Assembly (NCBI GenBank): GCA_002633005.1
Contig: NMRA01000184.1
Location: 685,255 to 749,254, forward strand
DNA length: 64,000 nt
Source of the DNA: Phoronis australis
Taxonomy: Eukaryota > Animalia > Phoronida
Reading direction: 5' to 3'
Below the pieces are notes generated by a model. The model saw only the letters and a list, made by a program, of their open reading frames with translations. It was not told the origin of the DNA and made no database searches. Shown here piece by piece: positions 25,381-36,961 of this stretch. Numbering within the stretch: position 1 is the stretch's first letter; every line of letters starts with the position of its first letter. The translations under genes were made by a program, and so were the position numbers.

Positions 25381-26318
25381 TGAATTTTAAACCAGAAAAA
25401 AGCGTTGACCTCACCTTCTCCAAATCTATTAATGCTCTCTTCCTTGTTGACCGTCTTATGACCTTAAACTTAATGATGAAATCATTCCTAGAAAATAGTC
25501 GCACAGACATCTGGGTATACTGTTAGATGAAAAACTCTCATTCACCCCTCACGTTCGGGAGCTCGTACAAAAAACTCAGGAACTAATTAACCCACTTTTA
25601 AGCTTAAAAGCTTGTCTCTCGTCATCTGAATTCTACACATTTAAAAGTTTTGTTCAAGTCCTTTGTGCTTCCACACATTGATTATTGTGATATTATATAT
25701 CAGTCTGCCAATACGGGTGCACTCCAACATTTGGAGAAGTTACAATATCAAGCCGCGTTACTCATAACCGGAGCTTACAGGGGATCCAATAGTGTTAAGG
25801 TTTTGATTAGTCTCAAGTGGCCCAAACTGTCTACTCGACGCAATCTTCACATGACCACATTTGCTTTCAAGGTAATAAACAATGTCAACAACGTGTCTGT
25901 CAAAAAAATATTTGATCTATATATAAGACAAGGCCATCGTAGTGATTTGAGATCCTCCACCCCATATGCAATTCCTCCGTCGTTCAGTCAGGCATTCAGA
26001 AGGTCTACAGTCATGATGTGCATCAACAACTGGAATTCTCTTCCAGTCTCTGTTAAGGAAAGCAACTCTTTTACGAGTATAAAAAATAATTTTAGAACTG
26101 TTTTTCATAATTTTGATAACTCAACACCCTTGACTCAATTCTCCCTTACCCGCGATAACGAAATAGCATTGTACAGATCAAGATGTGGCCTTTTCCTCAA
26201 CTCTGACAAGTTCAGGCACAACTTTAGTAATGTATCTCCAAACTGTAAATGTGGTGACCATCAATCTTATCCTCATATTTTCTTCAAATGTCCCCTCATC
26301 GAATCCCTGAGAGACTCN
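25381..26318 (+). mobile_element. 3' part of a CR1/L2-like LINE ORF2
   Basis: Motifs HRHLGILLDEKLSFTPHV, FVLPHIDYCDIIY, LEKLQYQAALLITGA, LKWPKLSTRR and a terminal CxC...HIFFKCP. Runs up to the N at 26319. Confidence 0.85.
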
Positions 26319-26702
26319 TGATACAAGACAAATGCAGCATGACCAAAGCATTCGCCCAGACAAAAATCATATAAATTGACCGAATTAAAGTGTATAATTG
26401 TCTATATCCTGACAATATATGTAATTGAGAGTGTTCACAGTGTCCAAAATGAATTAGGCATACCCAAAACTATAACATTTGACCCCAAGATCGCTAAAAT
26501 CGGTTGGGTAGATACTGATTTACAAGGAAAATCATTATCACGAACACTGGACGGCGGCCATCTTGAAAAATGGCCGCCATCTTGGTTTTTCAGTTGGCTA
26601 GTCGGACAGATTTTTTAAGTATGCTATTATGAGTCATCATGGAAAATTTGGTGCTTGTATCATCATTTGCACAATTCTGGTGCATATTTGCACTTATCAG
26701 TA

Positions 26703-27323
26703 GTGATGATGTAATTTGTATACTACAGTATAGTGTGGAACTTTCTAGAAGACTAGCATGACAGTGATTAATGCAGTCTGGAATATTCTAGAGACTAGTA
26801 TATGTTTGTAGAATGATTGGGTAGGTTCCAGAAAGTTCTGGTATGTGCTTGAATTGATGGAAAGTTCTAGAACAATGCATTAGGCTATAAATACACAAGC
26901 CCGGGTTTGTGTTAGTCAGTTGAGTCCAAGAAGATTACGTCAGTTGAGTCCAAGAAGATCAAGTCAGTTCAAGAGAAGATCAAGTCAGTTCAAGAGAAGA
27001 TCAAGTCAGTTCAAGTAAGTCAATCAGGAGAACTACAGTTGAGTTGCAGTGAAGAGAATCAGCAGTTACAGCGATAGTCAATAGAGAGCCAGCTATAGAG
27101 ACAGCAGGTTATTGAATCAACGAGTGTAACAGTCGCTGAAAGTATCTCAGAAGTTCAACACAAGTCAAGGCTTCGCAGCACTGGCTGGAGCATAAACAGG
27201 CATTACGTCGGACGTTTTGTTTGAGTAGGCTTGTGAACGTACGGTCGGGATTAATAAAGGATTAACTCGAACCAGTCTTCAGTCAATCTTCACACCGAAA
27301 GCTATTAGCACCGGTCTGTAACA
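26703..27323 (+). mobile_element. Probable solo LTR with an internal tandem repeat
   Basis: TATAAATA at 26886, 21-24-bp tandem units (GTCAGTTCAAGAGAAGATCAA) at 26915-27015, AATAAA at about 27253, and an end in TGTAACA. The 5' boundary is uncertain. Confidence 0.5.
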
Positions 27324-29147
27324 ACCTGCGCCCACCCACACATTGATAATTTTTATGGAAACGCCTTTACAACAAGTGCGTTTTAATCACATCAAACAAC
27401 GTATTTTTTGGCTCATAAACATTTTCGATTTAGGGGTTCAACAGCGTGACCCCTTTTACTAACCTACCTTCTTCTTTGACTGATTATGATATTACCCTTG
27501 AATAGCATTGCAAGTGTCCTCACTCACTAACACCAGAGAACGTCAAGTCCCCCCACCTAGCATTAAAATACCGAGCGCACTCGAAGACAATAAATAGCAA
27601 GGACCCTCATATTTCCACGTGGTTCCGCTCAAAGGCAAGTAAACAGGGGTTCCCATACTTCGGCCTGAAAACTAAAATTTTGTCTATGTCGCTTCGAAAA
27701 TAGAGCCATTGATAGGAATGTATAATTTTGAGGGGCAATGATTGAGTTGGCCATGGAAAAGGAAAAACTACCCTTGTGTCCATCTATTTAGAAAGGGTTG
27801 AAGTCCTAGTCGGACAAATGCAGTACGTCTATCGGAAAAAGAATAGGCCTCATTGTGATACGTCATACATCAGTTCCTGGGAAGGAATATTGCCAGAAAA
27901 AACATTTCAGCTTTGAAACTCCGTTCAACGTCTCCCTTTAGAAGAACTCTTAGTGTCGTGAGTAATTTTGGCAATGGTACATGATGTGCAATTGCAAAAT
28001 TCAAACTCTAGCGCTGACTGATTTTCTTCTCTTCTTACACACATACGCTCGTCGATATCTGCTCTGTCTCCGAGTAGTTTGGAATTCAGAGTTGATTTTC
28101 TAACTAAAATACAAAAGCGTAGTGTTCCGTCACATGGAATGTCTATGACTACTTTCTCAATGTTCTTCTTTCAGATAGGTTTACTACTAATCGAGAAATT
28201 TTGTTCTGACGTGGCTACGAATTTATTGGTCCAACGTCCGTCTGATTATAGTTTTACAAGCGATCATCGTTTTTCTTTTGGGATGGTGCTATGCGGCGTT
28301 CAAATGGGGCCGTTGGTTGTAAGTGTTAGCTTGATGTATAACTTGAAATATTTTCCAAAGAACCGCCTAAGGAATTCATTGGTCACTTAAGCCAAGTCTT
28401 AGGAAAGGTTGGATGAAAACAAAGAAGATGGTAATTTATAACACTAAAATAGACGTGTGTTTTGAGCTTACTTGAAAGCAAACCTAACGTGGAGTACGAA
28501 AATCAGGTTGTTAAAGTCCGAGCAGACCGACAGAATTTGGATACTGGTTGTGATTCTTGGTATATTAATGCGAGTTTTAAAACGTTTCACCAGCGATAAA
28601 AAATTGAACTTTTGAGTGTTCAGCTCTGCAAACTCGCCGATCCAAATTCTGGCAAAACGGTTTCCATAGGTTTTTCGCCCAACATATATTTTGTTGTGTG
28701 ACCGAGCAATCGACCACACGACAAACAACCATGGTAAACAGACGAGCTATATAAACCAGATATCACACGAGGGTCGAGTTCTATAACTGTTTAGCTAAAA
28801 CCAAGTGCTCTTATTAAAAATGCTCGGAGATATCTTGCAGAGATCTTGTTTTTCTGCAGATACACTGGCGTTACAGGACTCCATGATCCAATTACCGCTT
28901 ATGAATTGTGACGTTGAGGATCGTGCGCATAGTCACATTTTTGTTTGTCTATGATGAAACAGCCACACATGTGTCCGGAATGTTCACCTTCTGGAAACCC
29001 TGTATTTGTCGCATTTAGTAGTATTATCTGATTACACAATTCAGCGGATGACTGTTGACATTTGAACTTTACACATGATCTAAGATATCTTCCTTCTTCA
29101 ACCACTGGTCACAAAACGCCTGGTGATTGAATGTTTGAGCTTTGAGA

Positions 29148-31046
29148 ATGCGTCTGTGTTTTAGAGTCGATGCCTTGTTTCTCCTACTTGCTTTGGTGGG
29201 ATTATCTTTTGCTGATGAAGTGGCCGACTTAGAAAATATCGTCAGTGAGTTTTGGACATGGCGACTTCGTGACGATCCTGAATTTGCGACCCAAAGTGGA
29301 ATTCACGATTTTGACGATAAGCTTAGGTCATACGACTATGGACAGTTTCAAGTACGAAAGGAGAAATGCGAACTGCTTTTGGGGAAATTGAGAAGAATTG
29401 ACACCAGTAAACTTCCAAGTTCTTCTAAGCTTTCGTTTGACGTTTTGGAAGACAATCTTATGGTCTTCATCGACGGATTCCAATGGCGAAACTATGGGAA
29501 CCTTAATCCGATTAATTTTCTCGAGGGAATTCATATGAATATGGATTATTTTGTGTCGCATATGGACTTCAAGAACAAGGTAGACTACGACTTTTATTTG
29601 AAGAGACTGCGTGCATTGCCAACTCAGGTATCTCAAATAATCAGCCTCATGGAACGAGCGATACAGGAGGGAACAACTAACCATAACGTATCCATTCTTA
29701 GTGTGCCTTCTCAGATTGACTCGATGATCAATAGGAGCACTGAGGATTTAACCGCTTACAAGCCATTTAAAGATACACTTACCAACGTCACTTACATAAA
29801 CAACACAGTCAAACAGGAACTTAGAAACCAGGCTAAAACCGTTTTATCCACTATGGTTGTACCTTCTTTTCAAAACCTTTCTCGGTTTATACGGGATCAA
29901 TACATTCCTAAATGCAGAAATACATACGGAGTCGGAGGTCTTCCAAGAGGACAACAATACTACAAAGCTTGTTTAAAATGGCATTTGTCCACAGACATGA
30001 CACCCGAAGAAGTTCATCAGAAGGGACACGATGAAGTAAAACGCCTAGAAGAAGAAATGCTGAAAATAGCAAGAAGAAATGGATTCACAGGCACAACGTT
30101 GGCGGAGTTTTTCGGTATTTTAAGAAACGATTCGAGATTTTACAGAAACTCGTCACAAGAGTTACTGGATATGTACAATGAAATTATTTTCCAGAGAATT
30201 AAACCGCAGTTGCCAAAACTTTTTAACGACATTCCAAATTACCCTCTTGAGGTGAAGCCCATGGAGTTTGACGGTCCTGGTGGATCATATTCTCCCGCCG
30301 CAGAGGACGGTTCACGACCTGGAATATTTTGGGTTAACTTGTTAAACCCTGAGAAACGGGCAACGTTCGATATGGCTTCTTTGTCGCTTCACGAAGCCGA
30401 CCCAGGGCATCACATGCAGATAAGCTACATGATACGAGAAAAGAATCCGTCTTTCCGTAAATATTTGGACCTCAGCAAATATTTTGCATGTCCTTTCCAC
30501 TTCCCGTTTTTCACTGCCTATATCGAAGGATGGGCGCTATACGCGGAAGATCTCGGAATTGAGATGGGAAGTTACGTTGACGACTATGAGCTTTTCGGCA
30601 AGTACTCGTCGGAAATGTTTCGCGCGTGTCGCCTTGTAGTCGATACTGGATTGCACGCAAAGGGTTGGTCACGTGACCGGGCTGTAAATTTCATGGTGGA
30701 ACATACCTTTGACCTGAGATCGCAACTGGAAATAGAGATCGATAGATACATCACGTGGCCAGGACAGGCATGCGCGTACAAGATAGGTCAATTAAAATTT
30801 CAAGAATTGCGAAGCAAAGCCAAGAACAACCTCGGAGAAGCATTTGACGTCGCTGAGTTTCATGATGTCGTTTTGAGAATTGGAGCAGTGCCTTTGAGAA
30901 TTTTGGAACGGCGCGTCGACGAGTGGATTCAAAATAAGAAAGTATCGACAACGACGAAACCTACATCAAACGCTCTTATGACCCAGCCAATTTACTGGAC
31001 TTTAATGGTTGCACTATTCTGCAATTTATACACCACGTATTTTTGA
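29148..31046 (+). CDS. DUF885-family protein (putative Zn metallopeptidase), secreted, possibly GPI-anchored, single coding exon
   Basis: 632-aa uninterrupted ORF from ATG 29148. N-terminal signal peptide LFLLLALVGLSFA. Family motifs PEFATxxG, HEADPGHHMQ, EGWALYAE, RACRLVVDTGLH, EIDRYITWPGQACAYKIG and FHDVVL. Ends in an S/T spacer and hydrophobic tail. Confidence 0.92.
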   Translation: MRLCFRVDALFLLLALVGLSFADEVADLENIVSEFWTWRLRDDPEFATQSGIHDFDDKLRSYDYGQFQVRKEKCELLLGKLRRIDTSKLPSSSKLSFDVLEDNLMVFIDGFQWRNYGNLNPINFLEGIHMNMDYFVSHMDFKNKVDYDFYLKRLRALPTQVSQIISLMERAIQEGTTNHNVSILSVPSQIDSMINRSTEDLTAYKPFKDTLTNVTYINNTVKQELRNQAKTVLSTMVVPSFQNLSRFIRDQYIPKCRNTYGVGGLPRGQQYYKACLKWHLSTDMTPEEVHQKGHDEVKRLEEEMLKIARRNGFTGTTLAEFFGILRNDSRFYRNSSQELLDMYNEIIFQRIKPQLPKLFNDIPNYPLEVKPMEFDGPGGSYSPAAEDGSRPGIFWVNLLNPEKRATFDMASLSLHEADPGHHMQISYMIREKNPSFRKYLDLSKYFACPFHFPFFTAYIEGWALYAEDLGIEMGSYVDDYELFGKYSSEMFRACRLVVDTGLHAKGWSRDRAVNFMVEHTFDLRSQLEIEIDRYITWPGQACAYKIGQLKFQELRSKAKNNLGEAFDVAEFHDVVLRIGAVPLRILERRVDEWIQNKKVSTTTKPTSNALMTQPIYWTLMVALFCNLYTTYF

Positions 31047-31390
31047 GATTTCGCTGAATCGTTGAGTAAAACGCCGCGAATATCAAATTAACCAAAAACG
31101 AAAATTTACAGTCATTAAAAATTACTTACCGATCGGTTAGAAGGCGGTCGCTTGCGTCTAACCGTATATACAGTTAAAGTGCAGCATTAGGGGACAGTGG
31201 GTTTTCAGGAATGACGTCAACTTTTTTCTCTCTGGGTGCCTCTATCTACCAGTGAATTAATGTATAAAAGTTTGACGTCCCCACAAGGCCTTGCCACCAT
31301 ATAAAATTTTTGCTTCTATTACTCAGACACATGAATTATTTATGTCATACTTATGGACTTTAAAAGAATCAGTAAAATTATTTTTATCTA

Positions 31391-31644
31391 AGGCATGTCA
31401 CAGAGGAAGAGCTACCCACTCAGCCAGTTGGCTCAGGTACCAGTAAGCTAAGCGTTTTGCTTAAGTCAAGGCGTGAAAAAAGACTCACAGCGCTTGAATA
31501 AACAAACCCAACTGGCATATTTCACTGACCATTTTCCTTTATTTGTAGGTAATTGGCACAGAGCTATATGCTTAGCTTAGTTTACTCAGTTACTTGAGCC
31601 AGCTGACTGAGCGCCACGAAGCTCTATGTCTGGGCCATGCCCTA
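31391..31644. mobile_element. MITE with long imperfect inverted repeats
   Basis: GGCATG...CTCAGCCAGTTGGCTCAGGTA at the left versus TACTTGAGCCAGCTGACTGAG...CATGCC at the right. Confidence 0.6.
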
Positions 31645-32796
31645 GTCTAATCAGACTAGCTTCCGATAAGCTGTTTTTGGTAAGTCGTCAGCACTCAGTT
31701 AATGCACTGTTTGGCTCCATTGGTTAGACCCATGTGTGTTTTATCGCTATTGGATATTTCAATTGGCTAAATACATCTCGTATCGATGTGTGCAAACAGG
31801 ACCTTGAGCTTGTTGGCACTCACCATTGAGAGAAGTTAGATAGGAGACAAGTACGCCAGTACACCGTCGTACTACAAGGAAGATAAGGAAGGAGTCCTTT
31901 ACTAAGCGCGTAACTGTGTTACATGGTTTTGACAGCATTGACCTTAATCTTAAATTAATGTGGGTGAGGTCCCTGGGAGTGGAACAGGTCGGTTCGTTAT
32001 TAATTACTCTGGAAGAGTATTTTCGTTATCACCATGTAACTTTGTGTCTGGGGGGTTTCACTATACCCAAACAAGTATCGGAAATTTCAGATGGTAAGCT
32101 CCGGGATGAACACGCATATTTGGAAAATTGTATTTTTACATTCTTGGAACACCAAATTTAAGTCCGATATACTTTCGGAAGCGGAGAACCTATAAACGGA
32201 TGTTGCGTTATAAAAAGATAAAGAATAGTTCTAAAGCGTCATCAAAAACAGTTTGTAAAACTACTGACTGGCCTGAATAAATGGTTGTTTGACTGACATA
32301 CATGGACACTGTACATTTTGGAAAAGTCCACAAACACTGAGAAATTTTAATTGTTTGCGGAAATTCCAGGTACTTTTCGCTATTCCTTAAACGGGACAAT
32401 GTGTTTTTTTTAACTGGCAAATGTGCAAATTGTCAATTAGGAAGCAGTGATGAAATTTGAAGCTCCTTGACGGTTTTAAACAAAACTGGTTGCGGTAACA
32501 TTTTTAAATAATCGAAAAATTGAACTTGGAAATCAGGTATTCAGAAAACGAAACGTTTGACCTCGCGCATGAATATTACCTTTTCATTGACAATGCTAGG
32601 CATGACGTTCCTTCACAGCCCCTTCTCGTGACCATGAGAGTGGCGCTGCAAATATCAACGCCATACATTTAAGCTCAAGCGAAAACAATTCATGGAAGAC
32701 AATTTTATTAATGACTCAGTTCATGACAGACATTCAGGTAAACACAGATCAACACAACGGTCTAGCCTTCATGGCAAACATTCCGAGTGACTGACT

Positions 32797-32966
32797 CTGT
32801 GTCGTAGCAAGGGGGTTCAGTTGCCTCCGGGTGCCTGCCGAAGGGTGGGGGGTGCTAAACAGGTGTCGTCCAAGGGGGCACCAGGCATGTTTTGGGGGGT
32901 TACACAGCTACCAACCGGGGATGGGAGGTGTCGACGGGGGGCAAGGAAGTAACCGCTACGCCACTG
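32797..32966. mobile_element. hAT-like MITE
   Basis: Termini CTGTGTCGTAGC and GCTACGCCACTG, a G-rich interior, and similar flanks GACTGACT / GACTACTG. Confidence 0.6.
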
Positions 32967-34149
32967 GACTACTGTCATTTCTCCTCAACTACAAACTACG
33001 ATTAACTACGATAAAATATATTATACATGTATAAGGCGAGCACTAGGAAAGCAAAGTTGTGACGCTTGAAGTCAAAGGTTTCGGGTGGTACCGCCCATTC
33101 TGAGCCTGTGCAAACTGAGCCAATATCCACCGTGAAATGTTGAAGTCAATACCCCGTTCGGACTTTCTTCTGAAAAGTCTTGGGTGTTCAGGGTACAGAC
33201 ACTTCCGCTTGTGTGAAAACCGGGACCAAATTCTGTTCGGTGAACATTGCATGATTTGACTCCACGACTGGTCCTGCTCAGTCACAAATATACCTATCCT
33301 GGTGAGTACGAGTTCATACTCTGCCAATGGCCTTGGTTTATGCGGTACTTTACACCATCTTAAGAGTGTCTTTAGTATGACTGTCTAAAGCCAAAAAGCT
33401 TTTCTGATAGCACTCTCTAAACGGACAGATATCGTCTTTGTTCTTCATTTTGTCTTTAAGAACATGACAAGCCTCAAAACCAGACTTGACATATAGCAAT
33501 TCTTAAAAATTCAAACTTCATCGGGATTTATTTCCATTTATTTTACCTGCACTTGCCATATAAATGATAATGGAATAAAACAAGAGGGTTATATGTACAA
33601 TTTTTCATTTATCCTCAAACCTAATGTCAGCTGACTCACTGGGCAAAGGTCGTATGGTTCAGGTTTGATACCGATCGCGTAATTCATGCAGAAAACAATT
33701 TGTTTTCATTGCAAAGCCCTTGGACTTGACTTTTATAACAATTTAAAGCAGGTTTCTTCAATTTTAATTCAATTTGTCTGTAAACTATTCTCATCATTTC
33801 CAAAAAAATTACATAAAGCTACAAGGTGCAACATGGCAGTAAGAGCGTCACAGAAACGGCCACTAATATTGTCTCCCCTGCATAGCCAAATAATCATTTA
33901 TAGTATATATTGCTTATCCCAACTTTTAATCTATTTTTTTACTTATTTTCGTTGCTGAAAACGTACAATTTTGGATTCGGCTAATATGACCAATAGCGGT
34001 CTAGTGCTCCAGCGGCGAAATTAGGGGTCATTGAGTGCATAAAAAGGCAATTAGATTTTTGTGCAAAAATAAAATTGTTTTAAATTTTGACCTATAGACT
34101 GATTTTTGAAAATCTACTGTTTTTATATGGACTGCCTCTTTTAAGTCTT

Positions 34150-34420
34150 TGAAACAACTGAGAGGCACCGTCAGGCTCCTGGTAAAGGAGGCTATGCATA
34201 TACGGTTCAACCATGCTGAGCGCTATCTCAATAGAAACAGTGCTTCATTTGAGCTCCCACTGTTTTGATATCTAGTCTCAAGTAATTTTGACGTGTACCT
34301 GTACAGTCTGTTCTCCACCTGTCACCTGACTGGAATATTGTAAACTTTTGTTTTCTATCTTGTAAACAATAAACCGAAACGTCGATCGTTGTTTTCATAT
34401 GCGCTGATTTTAAATTTCGT
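34150..34420 (+). mobile_element. Penelope-like element 3' fragment (GIY-YIG C-terminus)
   Basis: Translates to LVKEAMHIRFNHAERYLNRNSASFELP, matching the 'KEAxxI...LNR' end of PLE GIY-YIG domains. Followed by CCGAAACGTCG. Confidence 0.55.
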
Positions 34421-34504
34421 ACTTATTCTAGTTGCTTTACTTGAACTCTCAGTTTCAATTGAAGATCCAAAGTAGTTTGGGCACATATTTATATGTGGAC
34501 TCAT

Positions 34505-35580
34505 TATGCCGTCACCCCGTCCGTCAGTCCGTCCGTCTGTCCGTCCGTCCGTCCGGCGCCCGGCACAAGCTGCTCCATTTCCAAAACCCTTTGACGTAGG
34601 TTCATGAAATTTTGCACGTGTTCCTTTCCTGGATGGGACGGCATGAGCGAACTTTGACTACTGGTGTGCTCCTTAGTGGCAATTTTATCTTCAAAGTACT
34701 CAACGTAGTTTCATAAAATTTGGTATATAGGCATTCATTACTGAGATGACGCTATCCTCCCGTTTTCCGATAGATTTGTCGAAGTTTGCGCCACCTAGTG
34801 GCAATTTTTACTGTTTTCGACTCTCGTTTTTGTGGCGTCTATCTTCTATAAACCAAACCGCTCTAAGGATGATTGTGAAAATTGCTATGTATGTTCTTAA
34901 TATGAAGAGGACAGCTGACGATGTTTTTCCGACGAATTCGACTACTGTGGCGCCTCCTAGTGTCAGTTTTGATTTTTTTTGCGCCCATGGCTGTATCTCC
35001 TAAACCGTTTGCAGGATTTTTACTAAATTTAGCAATTGCATTTATATGACGTTTACAACAGACAACGAAGACTTTCGTACCGATCTTACTACCGGTATGC
35101 CTCATAGTGACAATTTTAGTTTTTTACTGTTACCTCTGTGTCTTCAAAGGTCATCAATAGATTTTCATAAAATTCTGAATATAGGCATTTATTGGTGAGA
35201 TGACGCTATACTCCCGTTTTTGGATGGTGTTTTGCTCCACCTAGTCGGCATTTTGTTGTTTTTGAGTCTGTTTTTTGATGTCCATCTCTCTATCAACCAA
35301 ATCGTTCTCAACATACTTTTGAAAATTGGCATATATGTTCTCAGTGTGAAGGTGACGATTGACGATGGCGACTTCGACTACTTTGGCTCCTCCTAGTGGT
35401 AGTTTTGTTTTGTTTTGCCCCCATATCTGTATCTGCTAAACCCACGGAACGATATTTATTAAATTTAGTAAGTGTATTTATATGAAGCTAACAACAGACG
35501 ACGACAACTTTCAGACGGATTCAACGAATGCTGAGCATCCTAGTGGTAATGTCATTTTTCCGTCTTTGTTTCTCTGAAGT
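34505..35580. mobile_element. DINE-1/Helentron-associated-like element: (GTCC)n plus tandem core repeats
   Basis: (GTCC/GTCT)n at 34519-34554, then about seven 120-160-bp subunits each ending in CCTAGTG(G/A)CA(A/G)TTTT, with a higher-order period of about 450 bp. Confidence 0.6.
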
Positions 35581-35723
35581 TCTACCTTTTCATTAAAGTG
35601 TACACAACATGACTCTAGTACCTCAAAATAAATTTTATTATTGTATCTTACTTGATTTCAGTACCTTTAGTGCACAGCTCATAATGAAAAACCCAAAAAT
35701 TGAAAAAATAATAATTATGTACA

Positions 35724-36377
35724 ACGTCATGGGTTGAACCCAAGTCGTTCTCCATAGTGTTCGGAACAGAGACAAAGTGTATAGAGTGAAGTGAAAGTAA
35801 AGTACATTTAGCGTCGAGAAGGTTCGTAGAGGGATCAAAAGATCTGTTGCCGGAGGCTGCAGCAACAGCAGCCAGGCGGAGAACGTCTCGGTGTTCCGAA
35901 GGACACCAAAGTTGCGCAGAAGTGGCATCGCTTCGTGCGCCGAACGAGAGTGTGGGACCTCATCGTGGACCAAGCGATTCGATCCGGGGCCACTCTGCAT
36001 TTTGCCCACTTTGAGGACTCGTGTTTCGACTCCAGGTCACAGGAGATGTTACGATGATGGCCTGGTTCAATAAAGGACAATATTTATCATTCAGAAACAT
36101 CGGCTCTTAATTCAGAATCGTCTGTTGGATGTCTGGGTTGACTCGCCGAGCCCGAGGCCGCTTCTCTCGCGGGAGGATCCAGTTCGTAAGGCTCAAAGTA
36201 GAAAAGTAAGCAGCCGGAAGCACATCAAACTTGTTCTCGCTTTCGTGCAACCCCATTTCCTCATCCTGGCCACCATTCCCGTACGTTTCTTCATAGTATT
36301 CATTCAATTCTTGCTCATAATCGTCTCCACTATTGTTCAATGCTAGTCACTGATCTCTTGTGTTCAACCCATGACGT
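35724..36377 (-). mobile_element. Segment bounded by a 21-bp inverted repeat, holding a decayed GC-rich ORF
   Basis: ACGTCATGGGTTGAACCCAAG (35724-35744) and CTTGTGTTCAACCCATGACGT (36357-36377) match at 20 of 21 positions. The minus strand has ORF pieces with an acidic N-terminus. Confidence 0.55.
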
Positions 36378-36798
36378 CACATGGCGGGAAATGTGAAAAT
36401 TGTCAAAATTGAAAGAAAAATCAAAATTTCGAGCTAATTACACAAAATAAACATGGGTTTAGCTAAATTTTACGTCATACATTTAGTCTGTGGCCACCGG
36501 TAATTCAAAATGTGCAAAAATCCATGGTGTGTACTGTTTAAAGAAGCAATGGCATGTTCCAGTTTTCGGATGGATTCGACGTTTTTGCACCATTTAGGGG
36601 TCATTTTTATGATACAAATGAACAACCCTAGAAGCACACGTTTGCGGTGCGTTCGTGGGCACATTTCAGCGCTCCGCATTGCTTTTGTACTGAATCTAGA
36701 ATGCACTCTACATTCAGAGTGAGTTGTTATTACGCTGTTAGCTTGCTCATGCGCACCTTAATGCTATGGGCCCTCGCTTGAGACTGTATATTTTTCAG

Positions 36799-36961
36799 AT
36801 AAACAGAGTAACGATACGAGATTACTGCAGACTTCTGAAAGACCCGTTCATTCTTGTGGCGCTTGGTTTCGGGTTTGTGCAGCATTTTGACCTGGGAATC
36901 TTCTTGGCAACGGGCCCCGCTTGGATGCTGTTTACTTTGAAGGCAGAGCAGTAGGAAATTG
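36799..36961 (+). pseudogene. Orphan pseudo-exon of an SLC18-like transporter
   Basis: Acceptor TTTTTCAG. RLLKDPFILVALGFGFVQHFDLGIFLATGPAWMLFTLKAEQ*EIG matches VMAT 'LLKDPYILIAAG...LPIWMMETM...WQLG'. TAG replaces the Trp codon, and the donor position reads GAGAGG. Confidence 0.75.

Noticed and set aside
26915-27015. Short direct repeats resembling a CRISPR array
   Set aside because: There are no unique spacers and no cas genes, and the context is eukaryotic. They are tandem repeats inside a probable LTR.
29148-31046. Bacterial contamination as the source of DUF885 or the TIR-TPR ORFs
   Set aside because: They are embedded among host-type transposons and spliced genes, there is no operon structure, and the TPR-TIR exons have splice acceptors.
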